Positions 46,898 through 58,606 of a DNA stretch of 64,000 bases are shown piece by piece (the stretch's first letter is position 1; each line of letters begins with the position of its first letter). The notes beneath the pieces were generated by a model, which saw only the letters and a list, made by a program, of their open reading frames with translations, was not told where the DNA came from and ran no database searches. The stretch lies in the NCBI GenBank assembly GCA_934096265.1, contig CAKOLI010000001.1, forward strand, positions 141,512-205,511. The letters run 5' to 3'. Position numbers and translations under genes: made by a program. The DNA is from an uncultured Bacilli bacterium (GTDB lineage Bacteria; Bacillota_I; Bacilli_A; RF39; UBA660).

Positions 46898-47800
46898 ATG
46901 GATTTAATAATAGGTAGTCATGTTACTTATAATAAAGAACAAGGCTTAGTAGGAAGCGTTAAAGAAGCTCTATCTTATGGTGCTAATACATATATGTTTT
47001 ATACAGGAGCACCCCAAAACACTATAAGAAGTAAAATAGATAATAACAATGTATCTATTGCCAAATGCCTAATGAAAGAAAATAATATTGATATAAATAA
47101 TGTAATAGTACATGCCCCATATATCATTAATCCCGCTAGTGGAAGTGATTTTGCCATTTCCTTTTTACATCAAGAAATAGAAAGATGTAACCAACTAGGA
47201 ATAAACAAACTAGTCCTTCATCCAGGTAATTATCTAAAACTAAGTAAAAAAGAAGCCTTAGATAACATTGTATTTTCTCTTGATATGGCTTTAAACAACA
47301 CCAAAGAAGTAATGATACTATTAGAAACTATGTCAGGAAAAGGAACAGAATTAGGCTGCTCATTTGAAGAATTAAGCTGCATAATTAATCATGTAAAAGA
47401 TAGTACTAGAGTTTGTGTATGCCTAGATACTTGTCACATAAATGACTATGGCTACGATTTAAATAATCCTGATGAAATACTTGATAAATTTAATGACATA
47501 ATAGGCCTAGATAAACTAAAGTGTATTCATATAAATGATAGCAAAAACATAAAAGGAAGCCATAAAGATAGACACGAAAACATAGGCCTTGGGACCATAG
47601 GCTTTGATAACCTACTAAAATTTATATATCATGAAAAACTAAAAAACATTCCCAAAATATTAGAAACCCCATATGTAACAAAAGATGAAAATACAAAAGA
47701 AAAAGCATACCCTCCATACAAATATGAAATAGATATGATTAAGAAAAAGAAATTTAATAATAACTTACTAGAGGATATAAGATTATCCTATAAATCATAA
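46898..47800 (+). CDS. nfo: endonuclease IV
   Basis: HAPYIINPAS, LVLHPG, CLDTCH and HINDS metal-site motifs. Confidence 0.9.
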   Translation: MDLIIGSHVTYNKEQGLVGSVKEALSYGANTYMFYTGAPQNTIRSKIDNNNVSIAKCLMKENNIDINNVIVHAPYIINPASGSDFAISFLHQEIERCNQLGINKLVLHPGNYLKLSKKEALDNIVFSLDMALNNTKEVMILLETMSGKGTELGCSFEELSCIINHVKDSTRVCVCLDTCHINDYGYDLNNPDEILDKFNDIIGLDKLKCIHINDSKNIKGSHKDRHENIGLGTIGFDNLLKFIYHEKLKNIPKILETPYVTKDENTKEKAYPPYKYEIDMIKKKKFNNNLLEDIRLSYKS

Positions 47801-48054
47801 TTATTTAATTTACTCCTATATTCTTTATATAAAGCTTCTATCTTATTATAAGTAAGTGGTTCTACCTTTTCTTTAATTTCATCTAAATATCCCTTAGGAT
47901 TACCAAATATAAAAGTCTTATAATAATTTTTAATATACTCATATATAATATTTACTTCATACTCAGTTAAAACAATTCCCTCTTTTAAAGCAAAATTCTT
48001 AATATCACTAGTTTTAAGTCTCTTAACATATTCACTTATTAAAAATAAATTCAT
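47788..48054 (-). CDS. small conserved protein, DUF2624/YqfT-like
   Basis: An 88-aa protein next to nfo, as yqfT is in Bacillus. Sequence pattern recalled only loosely. Confidence 0.4.
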   Translation of the reverse strand: MNLFLISEYVKRLKTSDIKNFALKEGIVLTEYEVNIIYEYIKNYYKTFIFGNPKGYLDEIKEKVEPLTYNKIEALYKEYRSKLNNYDL

Positions 48055-48116
48055 TTTATTTCACCCAATTAATATTATGTATAAGTACTAATAATATGAA
48101 AGAAAGGAGTAGAATA

Positions 48117-50177
48117 ATGAAACGCAAACTAAATAAAACACCATCTCATAGATACTTAAAAGAAATAATCGAAAAAAGATCTATCTATCTAATTGGAGTA
48201 ATCATCTTCTTATTTAGTATCATTATAGCTAGATTATTCTACTTACAAGTATTAAAAAATAATACCTATATGACATCCCTAAAAGAATCTACCATGGTAA
48301 CAATTACCTCAACAAGTGCTCCAAGAGGAAGAATATATGATAGAAACTATAAATTAATCGTAGATAACGTAGCTATAAAAACTATATACTATAAAAAGCC
48401 TTCAGGCATAACTAAAGAAGAAGAAATATCTTTAGCTAAAAAAATAAGTAATATTATAGATATAGATTATAGTAAACTAAACAAAGAAGATTTAAAAAAA
48501 TTCTGGATATACGAACACAGTAAAGAAGCAAGTACAAAAATTACTGAAGAAGAACTAGATAAATATAATAAAAGAAAACTAACATCTGATGATATATTAA
48601 AACTAAAAATAGAGAGAATTACCGATGAAGATTTAAGTATATATAAAGATGAAGACTTAAAATATATATATATCTATTATCTTATGAATAAAGGATATTC
48701 ATATGCGGAAAAAATAATTAAAAATAATAATGTTACTGAAGAAGAATATGCCTACATATCAGAAAATATAAGTAACCTAAATGGCTTTAATACCAAACTA
48801 GATTGGGAAAGAGTATACCCCTATAAAGAAGTATTTAGAAGTATCCTAGGTAAAATATCCTCAACTACTCAAGGAATACCTAAAGAATTAGTAGAAGATT
48901 ACCTAGAAAAAGGATACTCTCTAAACGATAGAGTAGGTATCAGTTACCTAGAATATCAATACGAGGACTACCTAAAAGGAGAAAAAGCTAAATATAAACT
49001 AAATAGTGATAACTCATATACTTTAATTAGTGATGGTAAACGCGGTAATGATATAGTCCTAACTATAGATATAGATTTACAAAGTAAAGTAGAAGAAATA
49101 TTATCTTATGAAGTACTAAATGCTAAATACGAAAAAAATACCAAGTATTATAATAGATCTTTTGCTATCATTCAAGATCCTAAAACTGGTCAAATACTAG
49201 CAATGTCAGGCAAACAAGTACTAGAAGATGAAAATAAATCTCTCTATATTGTAGATTACACCCCAGGTATTATGACCCTTCCCGTAACTCCAGGCTCTAT
49301 TGTCAAAGGAGCAAGCATCTCTGTAGGCTATAAATATGGTGCCATCGATATAAATAGCACCATTAACGATACTTGTATTAAAATTAAATCAACTCCCATA
49401 AAATGTTCTTGGAAAAATCTAGGTACTATAAATGATATCAAAGCTCTAGCATACTCATCTAATATATATCAGTTCATGATAGCTATAAAAGTAGGTGGAG
49501 GAACATACAAATATAATGAAGCCCTAAAAATAGATGATGATGCCTTTAATAAATATAGAAGTATGTATGCTTCCTACGGTCTAGGAGTTAAAACAGGAAT
49601 TGATTTACCAGTAGAAAGCTTAGGCTATGTAGGTACCTCTAAACTAAGTGGTCACTTACTAGATTATTCCATAGGCCAGTATGATACCTATACTCCAATT
49701 CAACTATCTACATACATTAGCACCATCGCTAACAATGGAACTAGAGTACAACCATATCTTCTAAAAGAAGTATATGCTCCTAATATGGAAGATGATAGTA
49801 AATTTGGAGAAAACATGTATAAGTCCACTACTAAAGTACTAGGCCATGCAGACTTAGATACTAAATATATAAGTAGAATCCAAGAAGGCTTTAATGCTTG
49901 TATGAGTGCTCTATGCAGTGGTTACATGGGTAACTATACCACCTCCGCGGGCAAAACAGGAACTAGCCAAAGCTTTATTGATACTGATGGAGATGGCATC
50001 GTAGATACTGAAACAATTACTAATACCTTTGGAGGCTACGCTCCCTATAAAGACCCTAAAATGAGCATCGTAGTAGTCAGCCCAGATATAAGTTATAACA
50101 GTAATATTACATATAATAGTAGTGTTAATAAAAGAATATCTGCAAAAATTGTTAATAAATTCTTTGAAATTTACTAA
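48117..50177 (+). CDS. class B penicillin-binding protein (transpeptidase)
   Basis: N-terminal TM. SxxK (GSIVKGAS), SSN (AYSSNIY) and KTGT (AGKTGTSQ). ATG 48117 follows AAAGGAG. Confidence 0.88.
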   Translation: MKRKLNKTPSHRYLKEIIEKRSIYLIGVIIFLFSIIIARLFYLQVLKNNTYMTSLKESTMVTITSTSAPRGRIYDRNYKLIVDNVAIKTIYYKKPSGITKEEEISLAKKISNIIDIDYSKLNKEDLKKFWIYEHSKEASTKITEEELDKYNKRKLTSDDILKLKIERITDEDLSIYKDEDLKYIYIYYLMNKGYSYAEKIIKNNNVTEEEYAYISENISNLNGFNTKLDWERVYPYKEVFRSILGKISSTTQGIPKELVEDYLEKGYSLNDRVGISYLEYQYEDYLKGEKAKYKLNSDNSYTLISDGKRGNDIVLTIDIDLQSKVEEILSYEVLNAKYEKNTKYYNRSFAIIQDPKTGQILAMSGKQVLEDENKSLYIVDYTPGIMTLPVTPGSIVKGASISVGYKYGAIDINSTINDTCIKIKSTPIKCSWKNLGTINDIKALAYSSNIYQFMIAIKVGGGTYKYNEALKIDDDAFNKYRSMYASYGLGVKTGIDLPVESLGYVGTSKLSGHLLDYSIGQYDTYTPIQLSTYISTIANNGTRVQPYLLKEVYAPNMEDDSKFGENMYKSTTKVLGHADLDTKYISRIQEGFNACMSALCSGYMGNYTTSAGKTGTSQSFIDTDGDGIVDTETITNTFGGYAPYKDPKMSIVVVSPDISYNSNITYNSSVNKRISAKIVNKFFEIY

Positions 50178-50224
50178 AAGTCTGATATAATAGAGAAGTG
50201 TTTTATGCGAAAGGAGGAAGTACC

Positions 50225-50392
50225 ATGGCTAAAAAGAATGAAAATAGAAACTTAGTTTCCTTAAAATGTACTGAATGTAAAGAAGCTAACTATACTACTA
50301 GTAAAAATAAAAAAAATACTACAGAACGTTTAGAATTAAATAAATATTGCTCTAGATGTGGCAAAACAACATTACATAAAGAATCTAAATAG
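50225..50392 (+). CDS. rpmG: 50S ribosomal protein L33
   Basis: [43 protein letters not shown] is the Zn-ribbon type. ATG 50225 follows AGGAGG. Confidence 0.92.
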   Translation: MAKKNENRNLVSLKCTECKEANYTTSKNKKNTTERLELNKYCSRCGKTTLHKESK

Positions 50393-50405
50393 GAGGTAAA
50401 TACAT

Positions 50406-50963
50406 ATGATAAATGTAAATGATTTTAAAACAGGTGTAACCATTACCTTAGACGGTGCTCTATACCAAGTATTAGAATTTCAACACGTAAAACCTGGTAA
50501 AGGAGCCGCTATAGTAAAAGCAAAACTTAAAAATATGCGTACTGGATCAATAGTAGAAAACACATTTAACGCAGGTGTTAAAGTAGAAACTGCTCACATC
50601 GACAAACAAAAAATGCAATTTCTATATAGTGATGCTGATAACTACAACTTCATGGATATGGAAACATACGAACAAATTACTATCAACAAATCTCTTATCG
50701 AATATGAATCAAAATTTCTAAAAGAAAACTTAGAAGTATATATCACATTCTATAATGGAGAAATGTTAGGTATAGAATTACCTGATAAAGTAGATATGGT
50801 AATTACTCATACAGAACCAGCAGTAAAAGGAAATACTACTACTAACGCTCTAAAAGATGCTATTGTAGAAACAGGTCTATTAGTTAAAGTACCTTTATTT
50901 ATAAATGAAGGAGAAACAATAATAGTATCTACTAGTGATGGTAAATATGTATCAAGAAAATAA
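50406..50963 (+). CDS. efp: elongation factor P
   Basis: FQHVKPGKGAA loop. 185 aa. Confidence 0.95.
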   Translation: MINVNDFKTGVTITLDGALYQVLEFQHVKPGKGAAIVKAKLKNMRTGSIVENTFNAGVKVETAHIDKQKMQFLYSDADNYNFMDMETYEQITINKSLIEYESKFLKENLEVYITFYNGEMLGIELPDKVDMVITHTEPAVKGNTTTNALKDAIVETGLLVKVPLFINEGETIIVSTSDGKYVSRK

Positions 50964-50997
50964 CTATGAATTATAAAAAATATTTCATAGTTTTTTT
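50962..50997 (+). terminator. intrinsic terminator after efp
   Basis: Stem aactatgaa / ttcatagtt followed by T7. Confidence 0.7.
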
Positions 50998-51077
50998 AAT
51001 ACCTACTTGATGTAAAATAACAACTAAATCTATACAAAAATCTAAAATATATGATAAAATAAAACTAGGTGATAGAA

Positions 51078-52307
51078 ATGAGTAAAATAAAAAATATTAG
51101 AGCAAGAGAAATATTAGATTCAAGAGGTAATCCTACTGTAGAAGTAGATGTAACCATAGAAAGTGGCTATACTGCAACCGCATCTGTGCCAAGTGGAGCT
51201 TCAACAGGAATTAACGAAGCCCTAGAACTAAGAGATAACAATAAAGATAGATACTTAGGTAAAGGTGTCTTAAAAGCGGTATCTAACGTAAATGAAATAA
51301 TTAAACCTAAATTACTAGGCATGGATGTCTTAAATCAACGCTTAATAGATGAGACTCTAATCAAATTAGATGGCACCAAAAACAAAAGCAGACTTGGAGC
51401 TAACGCTATCTTAGGAGTATCCATAGCATGTTTAAAAGCAGCTGCATTATACAAACATATGGAACTATATGAATATATTGGTAAAGGTACAATCATCCCA
51501 AGACCGATGATGAATATACTAAACGGAGGTGCTCATGCTGACAATGGTCTAGACTTCCAAGAATTTATGATTATGCCCATGACAAGAGACTTTAGAACTA
51601 ACCTAAGAATGGGTTCAGAAATATTTCATAACCTAAAAACAATATTAAAAAACTCTTTATATAACACAGGAGTAGGGGACGAAGGAGGCTTTGCTCCATC
51701 TATAAATAGTACCGAAGAAGCCTTAAATCTAATACTAGACGCCATCAAAGCATCAGGATATATTCCAGGCAAAGACGTCTACCTTGCCCTAGATGTTGCT
51801 GCTTCAGAATTTTATAACGACTCTAAATACTCTTTTGAAGGCAAAACCAAAACTAGTAAAGAACTAACTGACTACTATGAGTATCTATGTGAAAAATATC
51901 CAATCATCTCTATAGAAGACCCTATGGCGGAAGATGACTACGAAGGATGGGCTCTAATAACAAAAAGCCTAGGAAAAAAAATCCAACTAGTCGGAGACGA
52001 TTTATTTGTAACTAACAAAGCTCTATTCCAAAAAGGAATAGAAAACCATCTCGCTAACGCTATACTAATCAAACCTAACCAAATAGGTACCGTAACAGAA
52101 ACAATAGAAACTATAATGCTTGCTAAAAAAGAAAGATATAATACTATCATTTCCCATAGAAGTGGGGAAACAGAAGACACCTTTATCGCAGACCTTGCCG
52201 TAGGCCTAAACCTAGGCCAAATTAAAACAGGCTCACTATGCAGAAGTGAAAGAACAGCCAAATATAACAGATTACTTAGAATATTTGAAAAAATATATAA
52301 AAGCTAA
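51078..52307 (+). CDS. eno: enolase
   Basis: [24 protein letters not shown] and [10 protein letters not shown] motifs. ATG 51078 chosen. Confidence 0.95.
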   Translation: MSKIKNIRAREILDSRGNPTVEVDVTIESGYTATASVPSGASTGINEALELRDNNKDRYLGKGVLKAVSNVNEIIKPKLLGMDVLNQRLIDETLIKLDGTKNKSRLGANAILGVSIACLKAAALYKHMELYEYIGKGTIIPRPMMNILNGGAHADNGLDFQEFMIMPMTRDFRTNLRMGSEIFHNLKTILKNSLYNTGVGDEGGFAPSINSTEEALNLILDAIKASGYIPGKDVYLALDVAASEFYNDSKYSFEGKTKTSKELTDYYEYLCEKYPIISIEDPMAEDDYEGWALITKSLGKKIQLVGDDLFVTNKALFQKGIENHLANAILIKPNQIGTVTETIETIMLAKKERYNTIISHRSGETEDTFIADLAVGLNLGQIKTGSLCRSERTAKYNRLLRIFEKIYKS

Positions 52308-52328
52308 TATAACAAAGAAGGAATAATT

Positions 52329-54101
52329 ATGAGCCATATAAAAGTAATGGACGAAAATCTAGCTAATAAAATAAATGCTGGAGAAGTAGTAGAAAAATGT
52401 GTATCAATAGTAAAAGAACTAGTGGAAAACAGTATAGATGCAGGTAGTACCGATATCAAAATATACTTACAAGAATCAGGCTTAAGAGAAATAAAAGTAA
52501 TAGATAACGGTTCTGGTATGGATAAAAATGATGCCTTATTATGCTTTCAAAGACATGCTACTTCTAAAATTATAACTGATGATGATTTATTCAACATCCA
52601 CACTCTAGGCTTTAGAGGAGAAGCCCTTCCTTCCATCGCGGCTATCTCTGAAGTAATATTAAAAACCGCGACCAAAGAAGAAGGTACCCTAGTACACATC
52701 AAAGGTGGCCACCTATTAGAACACACCGCATGTGAACTTAGAAATGGAACTAGCATTAGTATAAGTAACATGTTCTATAATACTCCCGCCAGACTAAAAC
52801 ATCTAAAAAGCCCCTACAGCGAACTAGCTTCTATCGTTGACTACGTAAACAAAATAGCTCTAAGCTATCCTAATATTAAATTCAAATTAACCTCAGATGA
52901 TAAAGAAATATTAAACACAGATGGAAGCAATAACCTACTTAAAGTAATAAAAGAAATATATGGATTAAACGTAGCTAAAAAAATGATACCTATAAATAAT
53001 GAAAATGACGATTATACCATAAAGGGCTATATATCATTGCCAGAAGTAACTAGAACTACTAAAAATAGTATAATAACTCTAGTTAATGGAAGAGTAGTTA
53101 AAAACTATGAATTAAATAAAACTATTAACGAATCTTATCATACTTATAAAGAAGATAGCAGATATCCAATCGTAGTAATAGATATTAAAACAGACCCATC
53201 CCTAATAGATGTAAACATCCATCCATCTAAATTAGATATCAAATTCTCTAACTTTACCGAACTAAACGAACTAATTAGAACTACTATCATCGCAGCTATT
53301 AAAACTAAATTATTAATCCCTAATGTAGAAGCCAAAACACCACCTACTATAAAACCCATTCAAAATAACATTGACTTTACAGTAGGAGAAAGTGACCCCG
53401 CATATAACAAATTATTAGATGACTACTTTAAAAATGACCAAATAGATGAAGGTATCATCCACAATGAAGAAAATAACGAAGAAGAAACTATAAAAGAAAT
53501 AACTTCTCCTAGTGATAAATTACCAGAACTATACCCAATAGCTCTAGCTCTAGGAACATACATCATCTGCCAAAACAACCAAGGTATCTACTTAATAGAC
53601 CAACATGCCGCTAAAGAAAGAATAAACTATGAAAAATATAAAGATGCTATTCTAAATCCTAAAAAAGATACCATCTCTATGCTTTTTCCGATCGTTATAG
53701 AATATCCTTACAACGAATTTATCATCATAAAAGAAAACTTAGACTTTATAAAAAGCTTTGGAATAAACATAGAAGAATTTGGTAGTAACAGCATAAGAAT
53801 AACAGAACATCCTACATGGTTACCTACTGGTAGTGAAGAAGAAGCACTAAGAAAAATACTAGATTTAATCATCACCAAAGAAAAAAACTTTAGCCCATCT
53901 GTTTTTAATGACCGCGTCGCGATGACAGTAAGCTGTAAAATGAGTAAAAAAGCTAATACTTATTCTAGTATAGAAGAAATGGAACGCTTAATAAAAGACT
54001 TAAGAAAATGTGACAATCCATATCATTGTCCTCATGGAAGACCAACCATCATATTCTATAGCATATATGAACTAGAAAAACTATTCAAAAGGAGTATCTA
54101 A
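52329..54101 (+). CDS. mutL: DNA mismatch repair protein MutL
   Basis: GHKL ATPase motifs (VVKELVENSIDAG, DNGSGM, GFRGEAL). The C-terminal endonuclease motif region has CPHGRP. Confidence 0.92.
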   Translation: MSHIKVMDENLANKINAGEVVEKCVSIVKELVENSIDAGSTDIKIYLQESGLREIKVIDNGSGMDKNDALLCFQRHATSKIITDDDLFNIHTLGFRGEALPSIAAISEVILKTATKEEGTLVHIKGGHLLEHTACELRNGTSISISNMFYNTPARLKHLKSPYSELASIVDYVNKIALSYPNIKFKLTSDDKEILNTDGSNNLLKVIKEIYGLNVAKKMIPINNENDDYTIKGYISLPEVTRTTKNSIITLVNGRVVKNYELNKTINESYHTYKEDSRYPIVVIDIKTDPSLIDVNIHPSKLDIKFSNFTELNELIRTTIIAAIKTKLLIPNVEAKTPPTIKPIQNNIDFTVGESDPAYNKLLDDYFKNDQIDEGIIHNEENNEEETIKEITSPSDKLPELYPIALALGTYIICQNNQGIYLIDQHAAKERINYEKYKDAILNPKKDTISMLFPIVIEYPYNEFIIIKENLDFIKSFGINIEEFGSNSIRITEHPTWLPTGSEEEALRKILDLIITKEKNFSPSVFNDRVAMTVSCKMSKKANTYSSIEEMERLIKDLRKCDNPYHCPHGRPTIIFYSIYELEKLFKRSI

Positions 54102-54103
54102 TT

Positions 54104-55882
54104 ATGAAAGACATACAATCAATCAATAAAATGCCTAAAGAAGAAAAAATTAAATACTTAAAAGATATAAATATCAAAAGAGAGTACTTCAAAAAAGAAA
54201 ATCATTATGAATTCATCTGGCTAGTCCAAGAATTACAAGATGATATTCTCTTATTTTTAGATGATGATACTACAAATATGCTAAAAAATGACCCACGCTT
54301 AGAAGATAAATTAAATGCCATCATCACAAGTGGTAACCCTCTTGTAAATAAATATTTAAAAGAAGAAAAACTAATAACATTAATAAATCAATTCCATAGT
54401 CTAGATATATATCTTACATCCTTAAATATAGAATTTGGAATAAACTACTTTAACTACATTATAAAAAATAACTGCATAGACTGTTTTTCTAATCTAAATC
54501 CACATGTCCAGCTAGAAATACTTAAAGATAAAAAGAACCTAGATACTCTAAAATCTATAGATTTACCATCAACATTCTTAACTGATATAAACGTAGAATG
54601 CATACAGTACTTATTAAAAGACAACTACTTTGAAAATATCTTCCTTAACCTAGATATATTTGAAATAGATAAAATGGTTAAAAAAGGTCTAATTATCCCT
54701 AATAATCTAATAGAAAAAAGATTAATAAATAAATATCTTCAAATTAATGATATAAATATCCTATATGATGTATTATCTTCCTTAGAATTAAATAATTCTC
54801 ATCTACTTGAGTATCTAACTAATAAAATAAAAGATAAATTTAAAGAACAAATTAACAACATAGATAGAAATCTAGGTATATTTAAAGAATATAAAGACCT
54901 AATAACCTCTTTAAATCATAATAACTGTAATATTAGCTTGTATCTAAAGTTACAAGAAGTAAATAACCAAGAAGGAAGATTAAAAATCTTACAAGATTAT
55001 ACTACTAAGACTATGCTAGAAATGACTATTCTATCTTCCTATAATGATTTAGCCTATAACTTTTTAAAAAACATAAACATAATTATTAACTATATAAATA
55101 ATAATAAAAATCATCTTATTCCTAAAGAAAGATTAGATATATATAATAAATTACATAATTATTATACTCTAAGTATAGAAGATAAAATAAATCTATTTAA
55201 CACCCTTATAACTACTGACAATATATCTACCTTCTACGATGATTTTAAATCTTGCCTAAATGATTCATATCAAAGTATAAAAGATACTTGCTTTAAGATA
55301 GATAAAAATAAAACTTTCAATGTAGATAATCTACCTATCTATAAACTAGATGGAGAAAAATTTAAAATGCTAATAAATCATACAACAATATCAAGGTATG
55401 ATGATTGTCATCCATATTGGTCTAATAACAAAAAATATATCTCCACCAGCTTAATCGGAGATACTTACCTAGGAACATTCAGAAATCCACAAGATAATGT
55501 TATCTTAGGCTTTACTGATTTTAATATTGAAAATATTATGCACATGTATGAATCAGACTCATATAGTAGCAAAGAATATGGAAGTGCTAAAATACCTACT
55601 ATAGATACACCAGATAATCTCCTAAGTAGAACTAAAGCATATAACGAAATATTAATTAAAGGTAGTAATGAACTAAAACCAAGCTATATAGTTTGCTACG
55701 ACAGTATTAAAGAAGGAGATATTATAACTAGTAAATATTTTAATAATATCCCCCTAGTAATTATAAATACCAAGAAATATAACACTACCAAAACATCTAT
55801 TAATACTGATATAGAACATAATAGATCCTACATAGAACCAAGCAGTGCCTATCTTATTGATACCTATAAAAGAAATTCATAA
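54104..55882 (+). CDS. hypothetical 592-aa protein translationally coupled to mutL
   Basis: ATG lies 2 nt after the mutL stop. Soluble and Asn/Lys/Ile-rich. No family recognised. Confidence 0.6.
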   Translation: MKDIQSINKMPKEEKIKYLKDINIKREYFKKENHYEFIWLVQELQDDILLFLDDDTTNMLKNDPRLEDKLNAIITSGNPLVNKYLKEEKLITLINQFHSLDIYLTSLNIEFGINYFNYIIKNNCIDCFSNLNPHVQLEILKDKKNLDTLKSIDLPSTFLTDINVECIQYLLKDNYFENIFLNLDIFEIDKMVKKGLIIPNNLIEKRLINKYLQINDINILYDVLSSLELNNSHLLEYLTNKIKDKFKEQINNIDRNLGIFKEYKDLITSLNHNNCNISLYLKLQEVNNQEGRLKILQDYTTKTMLEMTILSSYNDLAYNFLKNINIIINYINNNKNHLIPKERLDIYNKLHNYYTLSIEDKINLFNTLITTDNISTFYDDFKSCLNDSYQSIKDTCFKIDKNKTFNVDNLPIYKLDGEKFKMLINHTTISRYDDCHPYWSNNKKYISTSLIGDTYLGTFRNPQDNVILGFTDFNIENIMHMYESDSYSSKEYGSAKIPTIDTPDNLLSRTKAYNEILIKGSNELKPSYIVCYDSIKEGDIITSKYFNNIPLVIINTKKYNTTKTSINTDIEHNRSYIEPSSAYLIDTYKRNS

Positions 55883-55954
55883 AAAAACATCTAAATACTA
55901 GTATTAAAACAAAAAATGTAGTATAATATTTATATAAGTAAAGGAGGATAAAAC

Positions 55955-56518
55955 ATGAATGCAGGTACAATTACATTAATTATTATTTTTGCTATTATTG
56001 CTTTAATACTTTTCTGGGGAGTTGGTGTATATAACAAACTAGTAAATAGAAGAAACAAAGTAAAAGATCAATTTGCACAAGTAGACGTACAATTAAAAAG
56101 AAGATTTGACTTAATACCTAACATAGTAGAAACAGTAAAAGGATATGCACATCATGAAGAAGAAACTTTAACTAAAGTAATAGAAGCAAGAAATAAATTT
56201 ACTACTGCAAACTCAATTAATGAAGAGCTTGACGCGAATAACATGCTAACTGGTGCTCTAAACAAATTATTTGCACTATCTGAAAGCTATCCAGAATTAA
56301 AAGCAAACGAAAACTTTTTATCACTTCAAAAAGATTTAAAAGATACTGAAGACAAAATTTCTTATGCAAGACAATTCTACAATGATACTGTACTTACTTA
56401 TAACAACTTAAGAGAAATGTTTCCATCAAACATTATAGCAAGTATATTCAAATTTGAAGCATTTGAGTTTTTCAAAGTGGATGAAGCTTCAAAAGAAGCA
56501 CCAAAAGTTAAATTTTAA
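55955..56518 (+). CDS. lemA: LemA family protein
   Basis: N-terminal TM. YNKLVNRRNKV..QVDVQLKRRFDLIPN..ARQFYND. Confidence 0.9.
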   Translation: MNAGTITLIIIFAIIALILFWGVGVYNKLVNRRNKVKDQFAQVDVQLKRRFDLIPNIVETVKGYAHHEEETLTKVIEARNKFTTANSINEELDANNMLTGALNKLFALSESYPELKANENFLSLQKDLKDTEDKISYARQFYNDTVLTYNNLREMFPSNIIASIFKFEAFEFFKVDEASKEAPKVKF

Positions 56519-56519
56519 G

Positions 56520-56541
56520 GCTTACATTGTAAGCTTTTTTT
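56520..56541 (+). terminator. short hairpin + T-run after lemA
   Basis: Stem gcttac/gtaagc with a 3-nt loop, followed by T7. The loop is marginal. Confidence 0.45.
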
Positions 56542-56560
56542 AAGAAATAAGGAGGAAAAA

Positions 56561-58606
56561 ATGAAGAAATATATATTATTTTTTCTACTTTTAATAATCC
56601 CTTTTAAAGTATACGCCAGTTACACATCTAAATATTATGTAGATGTAACAGTAAACGAAGATGGCTCTTTAACATTTAAAGAAATGATTTCTTTTGATGG
56701 AAGCTATAACTACTTTGAAAGAAGATTATACTTAAAAGGAAATTATAAACAATTTACCGGTAATAGTCCATCTGACTTCTATGGTACAGACATATATAAT
56801 GCAAGTGAAATAACTAACATCTGTGCTTCATCAGTACCAAAAGAAATAACAGACTTTGGCTATATAGATAACCATAACTATTGTTTTGATTTAACCACAA
56901 ATGGCTACAAAGGCCAAAAAAACAAATATACCTATGACGATACTACAAGCAATAAAATAATTAGAATATATAATCCTAGTAGTCAAAATGAAAACTTTTA
57001 CCTAGAATATACTATAAAAGATGCTGTAGTAATACATAATGACGTTGCGGAATTACTCTATAACTTTGAATGGTCAGAAGATATCTTAGATTACCAAGTA
57101 TATTTACACCTTCCAAACGACAGTACAACATTTAGAATATATTCTCACGGTCCCATGCAAGGGGAAAACAGCCTAATAGATAAAAAAACCGCTTATGCCT
57201 ACTGGAAAGATTTAGAAGCCAATGCCAAGACGGATATTAGAATTATCTTTGATAAATCCCTAGTACCAAACGGAAATAAAAAAAGTAACGTAGACGCCCT
57301 AGATAAAATAGTTAGCTATGAAACAGATTTAGCCAACACCCAAAACGAATTAAGAGAAAACCTAAAACAAGACCTAATAAGAAATGCCGTATACTACACA
57401 GAATACGCCGAACAACATCCTACTAGATCTTCGTATAATAATGCCTATAATTATGTAGAACTATTAGAAGAGACTACCTTAAAACAAGAACTACTAGAAA
57501 GATTAGAAAAAGTATTAGATAAAGTTTCAAGACAAGAAAAAATAGTAAGAACAATAAACTTAACTATTATAAGTATTTGGTTTCTAGGACTAATATATTT
57601 ACTATATAAATTCTATAAATATCATGATAAAGAATATGCTAACAATCTACCTAGTGAATACTATAGAGACCTACCTAATACCTATGGTCCTGAAATACTA
57701 GGATACTTACTAACTAGAAGCAATATCAAAAGTGACTATCTATCTGCCTCAATCATGGAATTAATAAGAAAGAAAAGCTTAAAAATCGATAATGACTATA
57801 GTGATAAAAAGAAATTCAAAATAATAGATTTAAAAAATGAAGAAGTAGATAAAGATTTAACATCCTCTGAAATACTACTAAAAAAATGGTTTATAAATGA
57901 TGTTGGTAATGGAGAATACGTCACTAATGACGATATTAAAAAAGCAAGTAAAAATGATTATGAAGACTTCCTTAGTAACTATAGTACTTGGAAAAATGAC
58001 GTAATCGCAAGAGGAAAAGCTATGAACTTCTATGAAAACAACACTTGGAACAAAACAAAATATAGCTTGTACTGCTTACTAGGAATACTAATCTACTTAT
58101 TAGTAATTAAAATAGATAATACCTCTAATTACACATTAATATACGCCTTATGCCTACCTATAAGTATCATAAGCTTCATATACATAGTATTTTCTGCCAA
58201 AAAAACTAAAGAAGGAAATGATGACTATAACAAATGGATGGCCTTTAAAAAATTCTTACTTGACTTTGGAAGATTCCAAGAAAAAGAACTACCAGAAATA
58301 TACTTATGGGAACACTTCCTAGTATACGCTACCGCCTTTGGCATCGCAGACAAAGTAAGAAAATCTATGGAAATGAAAATAAAAGAATATAACCTAGATA
58401 CCTCAAATACATATATACCAGTATTCTATACCAACAATGTCGTAATAGGGGATACTATCAAAAATAGCATCACTACAGGTATTAACAAAGCTCAAGCAGA
58501 ATATAACAAAGCCCACTCATCATCATCATCCTCAGGTGGCTTCGGAGGAGGAGCATCATTCGGAGGTGGAGGAGGAGGCTTCGGAGGAGGAGGAGGCCGT
58601 GGGTAA
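56561..58606 (+). CDS. DUF2207-family membrane protein
   Basis: Signal peptide, a large ectodomain, central TMs, and a Ser/Gly tail (SSSSSGGFGGGASFGGGGGGFGGGGGRG). Usual partner of lemA. Confidence 0.8.
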   Translation: MKKYILFFLLLIIPFKVYASYTSKYYVDVTVNEDGSLTFKEMISFDGSYNYFERRLYLKGNYKQFTGNSPSDFYGTDIYNASEITNICASSVPKEITDFGYIDNHNYCFDLTTNGYKGQKNKYTYDDTTSNKIIRIYNPSSQNENFYLEYTIKDAVVIHNDVAELLYNFEWSEDILDYQVYLHLPNDSTTFRIYSHGPMQGENSLIDKKTAYAYWKDLEANAKTDIRIIFDKSLVPNGNKKSNVDALDKIVSYETDLANTQNELRENLKQDLIRNAVYYTEYAEQHPTRSSYNNAYNYVELLEETTLKQELLERLEKVLDKVSRQEKIVRTINLTIISIWFLGLIYLLYKFYKYHDKEYANNLPSEYYRDLPNTYGPEILGYLLTRSNIKSDYLSASIMELIRKKSLKIDNDYSDKKKFKIIDLKNEEVDKDLTSSEILLKKWFINDVGNGEYVTNDDIKKASKNDYEDFLSNYSTWKNDVIARGKAMNFYENNTWNKTKYSLYCLLGILIYLLVIKIDNTSNYTLIYALCLPISIISFIYIVFSAKKTKEGNDDYNKWMAFKKFLLDFGRFQEKELPEIYLWEHFLVYATAFGIADKVRKSMEMKIKEYNLDTSNTYIPVFYTNNVVIGDTIKNSITTGINKAQAEYNKAHSSSSSSGGFGGGASFGGGGGGFGGGGGRG

